A stretch of 64,000 nt of DNA from Macrostomum hystrix (Eukaryota; Animalia; Platyhelminthes), in the NCBI GenBank assembly GCA_950097015.1, contig CATNEN010000038.1, positions 21,452,001 through 21,516,000 of the forward strand, given 5' to 3'. Shown one piece after another: positions 48,111-60,108 of the stretch (position 1 is the stretch's first letter; every line of letters starts with the position of its first letter). Below the pieces are notes generated by a model. It saw only the letters and a list, made by a program, of their open reading frames with translations. It made no database searches and was not told the DNA's origin. The translations under genes were made by a program, and so were the position numbers.

Positions 48111-49649
48111 ATGCATGTTGTAGGCTACGAAGTGCCAAACTATTTGCTCGGCAGTTTTGCCTTTCTAGCCGCTGCATACGTCTATGGCAGCTGGCCCTAC
48201 GGCTACTGGCGTTCGCGCGGCATCAAAGGTCCCCGGATGTATCCGTTTGTTGGCGACCTACTGACGATTCTGAGGCACGGCTTCAAGAAACAGATGGTTA
48301 CAGATATTGCGCGATACGGCCGGGTCCATGGCACCTACCTGTTGCGCATCCCTACTCTGGTCATTGCCGATATTGAGATGGTGCGTCAAGTGTGCATCAA
48401 ACAGGCTGACAAGTTCACAGATCGGACCAAGCTGGGCTATCAGCCTAGCCCGCTGGACCGGGGCATCACCGTGCTGCGGGGTCGCGAGTGGCGCCGAGTG
48501 CGCCACCTCATGACGCCATGCTTCACGTCGGGGCGGCTGCGAGCAATGTTCCCCCTGATCGAGGACTCCGCGGCCGATTTGATCGCCCAGTTGAATAGCT
48601 ACGTCGATGATGAAAACGGCGCTGCTGTTTTTCAGCCGAAGAAAGACTTTTCCAACTTCACGATGGATGCCATCGCTAGGACATTGTTTGCCATTCAGAT
48701 CAACACGCACACAGAGCCGAACAATCCGTTCAAGAAGAATGCTGATCTGATTTTCAATGTCTCATTGCGCAGTCCGAAGCTGCTGCTCCTGCTGATGATG
48801 CCAAAGATCGTCGGTCCGATCTACAAGTTCTTCAATGTCAGCCTGTTGCCCCAGGGCTGCATGGACTTCTTCATTTCCAGCATCCGGCAGAACCTGCAGA
48901 TTAGGCGTCAGAGCCCCGACGCCAGCAAGTTCAACGACTTCCTGGCCTCCTGCATCACCGCGGTCGACTCTGCTGAAGCAATCGACGGAGAACAGGTGAA
49001 AGGGCTCAGCGAAGATGAAGTGCTGGCGCAGTGCTTCACCTTCTTCCTGGCTGGCTTTGAGACAACTGCTAATACAATGAGCTTCGCTGCTTACCTGCTG
49101 GCGCTGCACCCGGAGTGTCAGAACCGCTGCTACCAGGAGGTGCGCGCCGCCGCGACATCCGGCAAGCTGGACTACGAAGGTGTACAAGAGCTAAAGTACA
49201 TCGGACAGTGCATCGACGAATCCATGAGGCTCTATCCGCCGGTGATGTTCACCGACCGCTTGTGCAACACAAGCACAGTGATTAACGGCTACGAAATTGA
49301 AGCCGGCACAAGCGTTCGCATTCCCGTCTACTTCCTTGGCACCGATCCGGAGGTTTGGGGCGAGGACGCGGCGCAGTTCAACCCGGATCGATTCAGCCCG
49401 GAAGCAACCTGGGGCCGCGATCCGCTAAACTTCATACCTTTCGGCGTTGGTCCTCGCAACTGCATCGGCATGCGGCTGGCACAGCTGGAACTGCGCAAGG
49501 GCCTGGCTGAGCTGCTGCTCAACTTTGAGCTGCTGCCGAATGAGGACACGCCGATGTTTGGCCAATTGGAGCTGAAACCGTTGGGTTTGACGACACCTGC
49601 GAAGCCAATTAACCTGCTGCTGAGGCGTCGCTCTGAGATCAAAGAGTGA
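48111..49649 (+). CDS. Cytochrome P450, clan 3 (CYP3A-like), intronless, 512 aa
   Basis: N-terminal TM helix, GIKGP, WRRVR (C helix), FFLAGFETT (I helix), ESMR (ExxR), FNPDRF and PFGVGPRNCIG heme motif. Confidence 0.97.
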   Translation: MHVVGYEVPNYLLGSFAFLAAAYVYGSWPYGYWRSRGIKGPRMYPFVGDLLTILRHGFKKQMVTDIARYGRVHGTYLLRIPTLVIADIEMVRQVCIKQADKFTDRTKLGYQPSPLDRGITVLRGREWRRVRHLMTPCFTSGRLRAMFPLIEDSAADLIAQLNSYVDDENGAAVFQPKKDFSNFTMDAIARTLFAIQINTHTEPNNPFKKNADLIFNVSLRSPKLLLLLMMPKIVGPIYKFFNVSLLPQGCMDFFISSIRQNLQIRRQSPDASKFNDFLASCITAVDSAEAIDGEQVKGLSEDEVLAQCFTFFLAGFETTANTMSFAAYLLALHPECQNRCYQEVRAAATSGKLDYEGVQELKYIGQCIDESMRLYPPVMFTDRLCNTSTVINGYEIEAGTSVRIPVYFLGTDPEVWGEDAAQFNPDRFSPEATWGRDPLNFIPFGVGPRNCIGMRLAQLELRKGLAELLLNFELLPNEDTPMFGQLELKPLGLTTPAKPINLLLRRRSEIKE

Positions 49650-49856
49650 CGCGAATGAAGTTCTTAGTTGCTTTTCAAAAGCTTGACCCTATTGGTCGTC
49701 GATTACATTTTAAAGTCTTATAAAGTTTAATTTTTACAATTTCCTGAACTATACAGCTTCTTCATGTCAAATTGATGTGATTGTCGGTAAAACTTTTTAC
49801 GCGCACAGTTTTCGTGAAACTCTATTAATGTTAATTTCCTTATATATGTCTTATAC

Positions 49857-50075
49857 AAGAGCGTCTGACCCATGACTTGAAAGTCGGGGGTTCGATTCCA
49901 GACTCCACCTGGAACAATTTGTGTCCTTTAGCTGGGGTAATTGGATGCAGGTGTGGTGTCCTTCCAGTCCATGGACTGAACAGCCGTACGCAGCCTTCAG
50001 ATGCGCCTCGCAATAGCTGCGGCTGTGCTGTCGGCTGCACATCTGGCCCAATTCGGCAGGTGTAATCAGTTAATC
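49857..50075 (+). mobile_element. tRNA-derived SINE family B
   Basis: B box ggttcgattcc; core agtccatggactgaacagccg is also present at ~42780. Confidence 0.7.
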
Positions 50076-50390
50076 AATTATACGAGCGTACATATTATGA
50101 ATAGCGTCTTTTATAAAATCACTAGAAAAATAAGCTTGTGCAGCTAAGTTTTAAATAAAAAAACGACGACTAGAAGAAGCCTGTTATCACTTGAAACTGC
50201 GTATTTTATTTCGTAGTATGCAAATATGCTTCTATCCCGTGTACAAATTTAGTTTATTAAGTAAGTTATTGAAATATAAAGAGAGTAGGTGAGAAAGGTA
50301 TGCAATTCAAATTGAATTCAATTCAACACAACCCCAGCTATATAGCGTCCAACCCACTCCGCATTGAGTAGAGTGTACTAGCGCGCATTG

Positions 50391-50404
50391 GTCGCCATAG
50401 TTAC
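50391..50404. promoter_or_regulatory. RFX X-box-like motif upstream of the large ORF
   Basis: GTCGCCATAGTTAC (reverse complement GTAACTATGGCGAC) fits RTHNYYWTRRNRAC. It sits just before a 5'UTR intron (gtaag 50421 ... ttttgcag 50498). Confidence 0.55.
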
Positions 50405-50587
50405 ACTTGAGCACACTGCAGGTAAGAAGGTGGCAGGAAAGAGAAAAGAGGGTGCACACAAGCTCTTCCTTTATAGCTTTTCGCTATGCTTTTTGCAGAG
50501 GCTTATAGGTGTGTGCAAAAACCAAAACCAGTCGGAAAATCTGTTGGAAAGCGATTCCAATTGCTGTGCCAGTTACACTGCCTGACC

Positions 50588-53500
50588 ATGTCAAAAGCTG
50601 CAGGCGGCCGCAAGCCAGCTTCCGAGCCGAACGAGTCGTCGCCGGCGCCGCCCCGGCCTCCCCTTCCGCCGCTGCTGCCAAATCAGGCCGAAGGCAACAT
50701 CGACACCGAGCGACGCCTCTTCGAGAGAATCTACGGCATCGTGGCGCTGGACCCGATTCCCCGACCGCCGAAGGATCATCACCTGGGCGAGACAATTAAC
50801 GAATTTCAGAAGTATCTGAATGAGACTCGCATTGAAAAGACGTTTCTGGGCCTGTTGAGAATACTGCTGAGCAAGACAAAGCTTCCTTACAATCCTTATC
50901 CCATGTTTTTAACCAATTTATACCGCTTCTCAGAGGGAAAGTACTTGCTCAGCACGCCTGCCTCAGAGATTCTGCCTTCCTTTCACATGGAGACTGATGA
51001 CACAAGAATCGATTACATCTACAAATCGCGCCACTCGAACCACATCTGGGGCCTGCCCTATCTGGTGCAGTGCTGCAGCCCGAACGACTTAAAGATCTAC
51101 GAATGGCTCGGCAGAGATGTTGTACCACCACCGTCGACTACGAGAAGTGCCGATTCCAACTACCTGATACAGCCCTGCGTGGCCATGATCGGCCAAGCCG
51201 TGTTCCAGGGCTCCTTCTATCAGTACGTGCCAATAATTCAGTTTCGAGTTGAGTACCGCATCATGGGGCCAGACATGACTCACGCGATCGAAGTATTTAT
51301 CAATATTGTCATCAAGGATCTGAACCACACGGAGAAGGAGTCCGACCACATCTTATTGGGAGTTAGTCTCCCAGTGGACCCACAGACTGAGCCCATGCGC
51401 TATTCATCAAAGTTTTGGCAGGTCGACGAAATCAACACTCGAGGTGACGCCTTCTGGGACGCCATGGTTGAAGCGGTGACTAATAAAAAGTACGTCGTCG
51501 CCGAATTGGTCCTAAGAGTCGATCCGAAAATGGGAGTTTATAAGCGTGGCCAGAAGCAGTACAGTTTCAACTTTGTTCAGCGATCGTATCGCAACCAGGA
51601 CCCCGAGCAACTCACGCCGTTCTCCGAGATGATGGAGGCCTGTCTGTTTGAGGGCATATTCATGGACCGAATGCACGCCGATTCCTACATTGCCACCTTC
51701 TGTCCCAGGGAAGAGCTGGTTGACCGCGATAAAAACTACAGACAGGAGCCGCCGGCGCCATTCATCAGGAAGTCTGTCCTGCGTCGCGGCGTCAAGGTTG
51801 AAAAGGACGTGCACACGGACGACCGGATTCGCATCGACGGCTTCCTCATTAAAGGGCCGATGGACTTCTCGCCAGACTCAAAGCGAGTCATTGACCCCGT
51901 GCGAACAGCCTGGGAGAAGCACATTGCCAGGAGTCATTTCGTGCCCGAGGCTTTCGAAGTAGTCCACCTGATGATTCTGCTCATGCTGCTGGACCGAAAG
52001 TCTTTCAGCGATGAGCATTTTATCCAGGTGCACAGGTTTCTTCGCTCCTCAGCCGCTCGCATGCACAGCCTGATGATGCAGAATCAGTTTATTCGCGAAA
52101 TAATCGAAAACTTCGATCGAGCCGAGGAGTCGCAAATTGTTCAGCGCCAGTTCATGGAGTACCGACACGGTATAAAGGACCTTCTAGATAGTGTCTACCG
52201 CGAGTGCAGCAGTGAGATGATCACGTGCGGACGGGCCATCGAGACGCGACTGCATGACATGAGTCACAGCGCTGAGGGCAAAGGATCCAACATCATACTT
52301 TCGCCAAAAAGTGTCCTGGACATGCGGTTCATCAACCACTATTGCTACCCAATATTTCTGCGCCTTGTAGAGGTCATGATGCCGCAGGTACCACTCATTA
52401 CAGCCTTCGTTGAACGGATCAGGCGCGCATACCCCGATGAGGTGCTGCGAATAGCCGATGCCATGCCAAATCCAAACGTCGTGTACGGCTACGAGGAGCC
52501 ATTGATAAGCAAGCAGCATCATCAGTTCATTGATACAGTACTAGCCGAGGCCGAGTGCAACGAATCGAAAGAGATCGCCAAGGAGACCGTGCTAATGCAA
52601 TACCTATTAGACACTAGAGTCGACGAAGTGTGGCAAGGCTTTATAATGGACATTCTTAGCAGCAACACCTTCCCTCAGAATCCTTATCCGCGTCTCATAA
52701 CGGAATTTCGTCAAGCCGCATTGAAGATGAATCTTTGGTATGACACTGATGAAAAGCTAGTGAAAGAGCTTTACCATGCAGAGCCTCAGCTGCTTGATCC
52801 TAGCACTTTTGTCTACCAGATGCCAGGTTCAGATGCCTTCGGCTACAAGAGCTCACTGTATGCCATAGATACCGCAGCATACTTTGCTCTCAGTTCATTC
52901 CTGTTTCCACTGGTGCATGAGAATTTCGTGGAGAAACGTGGCGTCTATCGGGCCTCCGTTTGCACCTGCACAGTTGGCGACGTCTCCACCTACGGTAGAT
53001 TAGATCCGTACCTCAGGCAGGTGCAAATGGCCGATCATATCTACATTAAAGGACCGATTAGGTGCAGCAGGGAAGGCATGGAGCTATTCACGCTGATTCT
53101 CACTGAGTATGCTACTCAGCTAGATCAGGAGCAAGGCGTTGTCGTGATGGGCATCTTTCTTGGATCGCTTTCGAAACGATGGTCAATCAAGGAGATCATT
53201 GAACGCAAGTCCACGTTTGTAACAGAGCTGGAACGCGTCCTGCTACAAAAGGAGAACATTTTTCTGAAGCTATATGCCCAATACGACTGGCGATACATTT
53301 GCGTTACAAAGTACTTCAGATACCGATATGTAAGCTTCGACAAGACCGAGTACGTCAAGTTCTTCGAAGAGATTCCCACTGAGCCCTATCAGAGCATCTT
53401 CTTCGACCAGGAGAAGGCCGCTTTTCACTTCAAACGAGGCGGTGCGCACGAGTGCTGCGACCCGTTCATCGGGCCGGCCATCCGCCAGAGCATGCTGTAC

Positions 53501-54178
53501 GCCGACGCCCAAATAGCTGAATGCCACCGACGCCAGGACTTCTTCGGCGTGCATCGCTGGCTGCTGTTGAAATCTCTGGCTAATAAAAGCGACAAGAATG
53601 TTGCCGAGGGCTGGCGGATGATGCACTCGACAGCGTCTGAGCTCAACTTTCTTAACTGCATCAACAAGGCCCTACAAGATCTGATATTCTACGTTCTCTC
53701 CGACATGACATTCGCTCAGACCAAGGCGGAAGAAGGGCCCGTAGATTTGAACCAGTACGGTATTGATGAGGCCCTATTTGCTTCCACCTACGCGGGGTAT
53801 TATCACAAGCTGATGGAGGTTCTCGGCAATCCGTTGTCCTTCGCGCCCGGGAGCATGTCCGGGTTTCTGCAGCGAAAGCTCAATTTCATTAGCGCGCAAT
53901 CGGCTAGCGGCAACTGTGTGCTCAAGATCGAATCGCAGAGCATTCGCGTGCTAGAGGAGGTTCGTCAGGCCACAATGTCCGTAGAGAATGCGGTGGCAGC
54001 CGACATGCACGAGTGCTGTCCCGAGGCTCGAGAGAGTGTAACTCAAATTCTTGCTCAGACGGCGCAGAAGCGACCTAGCGCCGAGGAGAGGACTGACCCC
54101 GCAGTCATCATCCAGGTGCCGAAAGCCACGGCAGCTGATCATCAGAACGAGTGGCATCAGGATTTGTACAATTTCTAA
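50588..54178 (+). CDS. Uncharacterised ~1196-aa protein made of two homologous halves, each starting with an RIIa/Dpy-30-like dimerisation motif
   Basis: Single 3.6-kb non-repetitive ORF with accATG start. FQKYLNETRIEKTFLGLLRILL..LPYNPYPMF aligns with LMQYLLDTRVDEVWQGFIMDIL..FPQNPYPRL. Confidence 0.9.
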   Translation: MSKAAGGRKPASEPNESSPAPPRPPLPPLLPNQAEGNIDTERRLFERIYGIVALDPIPRPPKDHHLGETINEFQKYLNETRIEKTFLGLLRILLSKTKLPYNPYPMFLTNLYRFSEGKYLLSTPASEILPSFHMETDDTRIDYIYKSRHSNHIWGLPYLVQCCSPNDLKIYEWLGRDVVPPPSTTRSADSNYLIQPCVAMIGQAVFQGSFYQYVPIIQFRVEYRIMGPDMTHAIEVFINIVIKDLNHTEKESDHILLGVSLPVDPQTEPMRYSSKFWQVDEINTRGDAFWDAMVEAVTNKKYVVAELVLRVDPKMGVYKRGQKQYSFNFVQRSYRNQDPEQLTPFSEMMEACLFEGIFMDRMHADSYIATFCPREELVDRDKNYRQEPPAPFIRKSVLRRGVKVEKDVHTDDRIRIDGFLIKGPMDFSPDSKRVIDPVRTAWEKHIARSHFVPEAFEVVHLMILLMLLDRKSFSDEHFIQVHRFLRSSAARMHSLMMQNQFIREIIENFDRAEESQIVQRQFMEYRHGIKDLLDSVYRECSSEMITCGRAIETRLHDMSHSAEGKGSNIILSPKSVLDMRFINHYCYPIFLRLVEVMMPQVPLITAFVERIRRAYPDEVLRIADAMPNPNVVYGYEEPLISKQHHQFIDTVLAEAECNESKEIAKETVLMQYLLDTRVDEVWQGFIMDILSSNTFPQNPYPRLITEFRQAALKMNLWYDTDEKLVKELYHAEPQLLDPSTFVYQMPGSDAFGYKSSLYAIDTAAYFALSSFLFPLVHENFVEKRGVYRASVCTCTVGDVSTYGRLDPYLRQVQMADHIYIKGPIRCSREGMELFTLILTEYATQLDQEQGVVVMGIFLGSLSKRWSIKEIIERKSTFVTELERVLLQKENIFLKLYAQYDWRYICVTKYFRYRYVSFDKTEYVKFFEEIPTEPYQSIFFDQEKAAFHFKRGGAHECCDPFIGPAIRQSMLYADAQIAECHRRQDFFGVHRWLLLKSLANKSDKNVAEGWRMMHSTASELNFLNCINKALQDLIFYVLSDMTFAQTKAEEGPVDLNQYGIDEALFASTYAGYYHKLMEVLGNPLSFAPGSMSGFLQRKLNFISAQSASGNCVLKIESQSIRVLEEVRQATMSVENAVAADMHECCPEARESVTQILAQTAQKRPSAEERTDPAVIIQVPKATAADHQNEWHQDLYNF

Positions 54179-55209
54179 TTGTGACACTTTTTGAAACTGC
54201 CTGTTCGCGTTTACTTTTTATATTACTTACGCTTGTTTTGCAGTAGTATACATCGAATATTGCTCTATACATCATTCAATAACTCTTATCACATCTTGTT
54301 GTTTAATTCAACGTGCGTCCGAAAAAAACATGAATCTAGGTAGATAGAAGACAGAAATGACAGTAAGCCAAGTTGGTCAGATGTACAGCCAGTGACAGCC
54401 TCATCTAAAGTGTGGTGCAATCAAGCAGTTCAGTCCGTGGACACCATGCACCCAATTCTACACCTATTGATCAGATACTTCTAGACTAGCTGGTACCTAG
54501 TAAGGTTCAGTGCCGTTAGAATCTGTAAAACAAATGCATTAAAAATGCGCTCGTACTTAAATGCGTGCATGCATTGTACACGTTTGCAACTAAATTTGAA
54601 TAAACACTCAGACTAGTGTTTCTGTGCACTGTGCATCGCTATATGACAGTTCTGATTTGATATTTCAATGTTTTCTACACTGTCAGATTGTCACTCGCCA
54701 AAGTACATGGCTGCATGCAGTATTTAAAGAAAAGAAAAAGCATGATTAATTAGTAGAGGAAAGCTGCAACGAATTTCTACAGAAAATTTCCGGCCAGTAA
54801 TGACGAAACTATAAATTGTGAGTCAATGTCCTGCAGGGTTGGAACTGCTGCTTCTAATATTTATTAATATTTCGCACAGTCTGACAACAGATCCAACTAA
54901 AGCAGGGTCTTGAGTGCTCGGCACTGATGCAGTGATGAGAAAGCTCAATTCTCAACGATATTGGATGATCATTATAATAGAAAGCTTTTTTGTGTCTTCC
55001 AAATGAGCTTCACTAGAATCGTGAGAAACAAACTGTACACACTCACAGCTACAGATACCTAGCCCGCCCATAGAGAATTTTATTACCTTCATGGAGTTTT
55101 AGCTATCTGACGACCTGATGACAATCTTGAACTTAAACTTAGAATTCTAATTGATCCTTAAAAACGATAATTATTTATTTTAATCAACCAAAAAATGCCG
55201 AACAAGTTT

Positions 55210-57268
55210 CAAATCCAACCGATTCTGATAACCTAGGATTAATCCAAACCTAGTATATTAAACAAAGGCTGATCCCAACCGATTCTGATAATCTAGGATT
55301 AGTCCCAACAGATTTTGATAATCTAGGATTAGTCCCAACCGATTCTGATAATCTAGGATTAGTCCCAACCTATTCTGATAATCTAGGATTAGTCCCAACC
55401 TATTCTGATAATCTAGGATTAGTCCCAACCTATTCTGATAATCTAGGATTAGTCCCAACAGATTTTGATAATCTAGGATTAGTCCCAACCGATTCTGATA
55501 ATCTAGGATTAGTCCCAACCTATTCTGATAATCTAGGATTAGTCCCAACCTATTCTGATAATCTAGGATTAGTCCCAACCGATTTTGATATTCTAGGATT
55601 AGTCCCAACAGATTTTGATAATCTAGGATTAATCCCAACCGATTTTGATAATCTAGGATTCGCCCCAACCGATTTTGATATTCTAGGATTAGTCCCAACC
55701 TATTCTGATAATCTAGGATTAGTCCCAACCTATTCTGATAATCTAGGGTTAGTCCCAACCGATTTTGATAATCTCGGATTAGTCCCAACCTATTCTGATA
55801 ATCTAGGATTAGTCCCAACCGATTTTGATATTCTAGGATTAGTCCCAACAGATTTTGATAATCTAGGATTAATCCCAACCGATTTTGATAATCTAGGATT
55901 AGTCCCAACCTATTCTGATAATCTAGGATTAGTCCCAACCTATTCTGATAATCTAGGATTAGTCCCAACCTATTCTGATAATCTAGGATTAGTCCCAACC
56001 GATTTTGATATTCTAGGATTAGTCCCAACAGATTTTGATAATCTAGGATTAATCCCAACCGATTTTGATAATCTAGGATTCGCCCCAACCGATTTTGATA
56101 TTCTAGGATTAGTCCCAACCTATTCTGATAATCTAGGATTAGTCCCAACCTATTCTGATAATCTAGGATTAGTCCCAACCGTTTATGATAATCTAAGATT
56201 AGTCCCTACAGATTTTGATAATCTAGGATTAGTCCCAACCGATTTTGATAATCTAGGATTAGTCCTAACCTATTCTGATAATCTGGGTTAATCCCAACCT
56301 ATTCTGATAATCTAGGATTAGTCCCAACAGATTTTGATAATCTAGGATTAGTCCCAACCTATTCTGATAATCTAGAATTAGTCCCAACCGATTCTAGTAA
56401 TCTAGGGTTAGTCCGAACCGATTCTAGTAATCTAGGATTAGTCCCAACCGATTCTAGTAATCTAGGATTAGTCCCAACCGATTCCGATAATCTGGGTTAG
56501 TCCCAACCGATTCTAGTAATCTAGGATTAGTCCCGACCGATTCTAGTAATCTAGGGTTAGTCCCAACCGATTCTAGTAATCTAGGATTAGTCCCAACCGC
56601 TTCTGATAATCTAGGATTAGTCCCGACCGATTCTAGTAATCTAGGGTTAGTCCCAACCGATTCTAATAATCTAGGATTAGTCCCAACCGATTCTAGTAAT
56701 CTAGGATTAGTCCCGACCGATTCTAGTAATCTAGGGTTAGTCCCAACCGATTCTAATAATCTAGGATTAGTCCCAACCTATTCTAGTAATCTAGGATTAG
56801 TCCCAACCGATTCCGATAATCTGGGTTGATCCCAACAGATTCTGATAGTCTGGGGTTGATCCCAACAGATTCTGATAGTCTGGGGTTGATCCCAACAGAT
56901 TCTGATAGTCTGGGGTTGATCCCAACAGATTCTGATAGTCTCGGGTTGATCCCAACAGATTCTGATAGTCTGGGGTTGATCCCAACAGATTCTGATAGTC
57001 TGGGGTTGATCCCAACAGATTCTGATAGTCTGGGGTTGATCCCAACAGATTCTGATAGTCTGGGGTTGATCCCAACAGATTCTGATAGTCTGGGGTTGAT
57101 CCCAACAGATTCTGATAGTCTGGGGTTGATCCCAACAGATTCTGATAGTCTGGAGTTAAGCCTAGCCGATTCTGATCACCTAGGATCGTTCTCAACAGAT
57201 TCTGATAGTCTAGGATTAAAGGCAATCTAGTCTTATAATAGAGGATAAATCCCAACCGATTCTGATTC
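55210..57268. repeat. 30-bp minisatellite with sub-arrays of variants
   Basis: (atctaggattagtcccaacctattctgata)n grading into (tggggttgatcccaacagattctgatagtc)n. Confidence 0.95.
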
Positions 57269-58591
57269 TGGTAACACCTTCCTACAAGCTTAGATCCTCA
57301 AAGCTGCACATGCATGAAATTTACAGTTCGCTTTATATCGTATTTGTTATACGAGCGTTGATCACCTGTGCGTGCGAGCAAAGCCAGTATTTCTAGAAAA
57401 AACTGACGTTAATCTTATCTTAGGTTTCCGAAAGCGTGACTTCCTTTATGACTCCCATTCATATTTGTGACCCAATTTCAACTATACTGATAAGTAAAAA
57501 TCAAATATAAAACAGGCTAGTATATCGCTAGTACGAGTAGATTGCTAAAGTAAAGATTAGGGCGTGACGATATGAAGTGAGGCACAAACAAACACAAACC
57601 CGGTCATGTATCAGCTGCCACTCAGCTGACATGAAATTAACTGAGGACATGGCCCTTTCCTCTCCGCCTCAGAGCTCTGATGGGTTAAGGGTGCCGGTGA
57701 GAGAGACTGTGCGAACAAGGAGACTGCTAAATCCTTACTTCACGAGGAGGTGGGGTGGACTTCGCTGGGGAGAGAGAATAGAGTAATTTTAGCAGAGTGA
57801 AGTGAAAAAACCCTAGACAATGTACATCTCTACCTCTACCTTGAATGTACATCCAAAGCCGGAGGCTAGATAAATCTAAAATTAGCGACACCGCGGAGAG
57901 GCGAGTGAATGGGGGTTGCACCGATGGTTTTTGGGCGGAGTACAGTGGAGCCGCTGACTGGGGAGACGAGAAAATAGACCTTTGAAGGGAAAATGACCTG
58001 AAAAGCTGAAAGAGAAGCCTGCATGCAATGAATGGCTTGAGCTGGTGCGGCAGTGTTGAAGCCAGGAGGGTAATAATAATAGAGCTCTGCTGCTGAGAGA
58101 GTGAATAGAAACGGAGTTCTTCTGCAGGTTAGTGTACGAAGCCAAGTATTCTGTTCTTTTCTTCTGCGCTACACTCTCAAACTTCTTTAGTGTTTCATTG
58201 TGTTTTAAACGCAGCGATAGCTTTTTATGCAGTGTACATAGGACAGTGTACAGTGTACAAAGCTTATTTCAAAATGGTTCTCGAGAAGTAGCCAATAGTA
58301 TTATTGCCTGCTCTTAATCTGAACTAAAATTATGTATAAGAACCTCCCAATGCTCAGACAGCATATTGCGCCGGAACCCCGGAAGTGAAATTTAGCTTAC
58401 ACAGACAATACTAAGTGCACCTGCGCATGTTAAAAACTTAGAAGGATGTCAAAAAACAGTAACTACAGATTCTGTAACTAGGTCGTCAATAAGACTCCAA
58501 CAAATTCAATATGTATGGTGAGTCATTTGCTTTACTTTGTAATCGCAAACCAAGAATGTTAAAAAAATGTTAAGGAATTCCGTGACTGTAC

Positions 58592-59003
58592 TTCAGTGCC
58601 TCAGGTATTTAAATGTCCCTCAGTGCCTCAGGTATTTAAATGTCCCTCAGTGCCTCAGGTATTTAAATGTCCCTCAGTGCCTCAGGTATTTAAATGTCCC
58701 TCAGTGCCTCAGGTATTTAAATAATGTCCCTCGGTGCCTCAGGTATTCAAATAATGTCCCTCAGTGCCTCAGGTATTTAAATAATGTCCCTCAGTGCCTC
58801 AGGTATTTAAATAATGTCCCTCAGTGCCTCAGGCATTCACCCACTGTCCTTTACTGCTTCAGGCATTCACTCACTGTCGGTTAGTACTTTAGACATTCAC
58901 CCACTGTCGGTTAGTACTTTAGACATTCACCCACTGTCGTTTAGTACTTTAGACATTCACCCACTGTCGTTTAGTACTTTAGACATTCACCCACTGTCGT
59001 TTA
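58592..59003. repeat. 27/30-bp minisatellites
   Basis: (tcagtgcctcaggtatttaaatgtccc)n then (agacattcacccactgtcgtttagtacttt)n. Confidence 0.9.
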
Positions 59004-59539
59004 CTGTCATTTAGTGCATATAGGCTATGGTTTTAATTATGCATATTAACCATGCTTCGACCAAAAAAGTTAAATTTCTTAAAAAAGATACTTTTGTGCC
59101 TGATTGATTTTTAGATTCAAATATTCAAATATTCTAGTATTCTAATATCGATTAATTTTCCTAACTGCAAAAACAACTCGCTCGACCGCAAATTTTTCAG
59201 TGTACAAAGTTTAGTCAAACTGATCCTCGCTTTGGTTAGAAAAAAATCAATAAATAAAATGGGGATCAATCAATAAACTGTATGGGATCACATGCTCAGA
59301 TCTATAGCATAGAATGTAAACTCATGGGCTATACAATTGCGAAAGATATATGCAAGTTAATATGAAAACTTTGCATAACAAAATATTACCTACAAAAACA
59401 AGCAGTACATGATTCAAAAATAGATACTAATTTGTTTTACTTTGAGTCAAGCTGAACAGGAAAATAAAAAGTAACTTCTGGTGAGTCATGGGCGAAAGAT
59501 TAGATGATAGTATCTGTGCATTTTCCTTTATTTCTTACC

Positions 59540-59994
59540 TTACTCTCTCCTCTACTCTCTCCGCTCTGCTTTTTGTTCTCTCCCCTCTTCTCCCCTCTTC
59601 TCCCCACTTCTCCCCCTCTTCTCCCCTCTTCTCCCCTCTTCTCCCCTCTTCTCCACCTCTTCTCTCCTCTACTCCTTCCTCTCTTCACCCCTCTCCCCTC
59701 TTCTCTCCTCTTCTCCCCTCTTCTCCCCTCTTCTCCCCTCTTCTCTCCTCTTCTCCCCTCTCCCCTCTTCTCCCCTCTTCTCTCCTCTTTACCCCTCTCC
59801 CCTCTTCTCCCCTCTTCTCCCCTCTCCCCTCTTCTCCCCTCTTCTCTCCTCTTCTCCCCTCTTCTCTCCTCTTCTCTCCTCTTCTCCCCTCTTCTCCCCT
59901 CTTCTCTCCTCTTCTCCCCTCTTCACCCCTCTCCCCTCTTCTCTCCTTTCTTCGCTCCCCTCTCCATTCTTATCTCCTCTCTCTTCTCTCCCCT
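59540..59994. repeat. C/T-rich low-complexity repeat
   Basis: (ctcttctccc)n. Confidence 0.9.
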
Positions 59995-60108
59995 ATAGAG
60001 CTCTAAGTAGCTGAAGTGGCTAGAATTGCTTAAATCAAATATTGCATGATTCTAAAATAAGAAAACATGAAAAAATGGGAATTTCTGAACTTGATTTTCC
60101 CAGTCCGC

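Noticed and set aside
50486-50587. N-terminal extension of the 1230-aa ORF
   Set aside because: The upstream ATG lies inside a predicted 5'UTR intron (50421-50498); the accATG at 50588 is the more plausible start.
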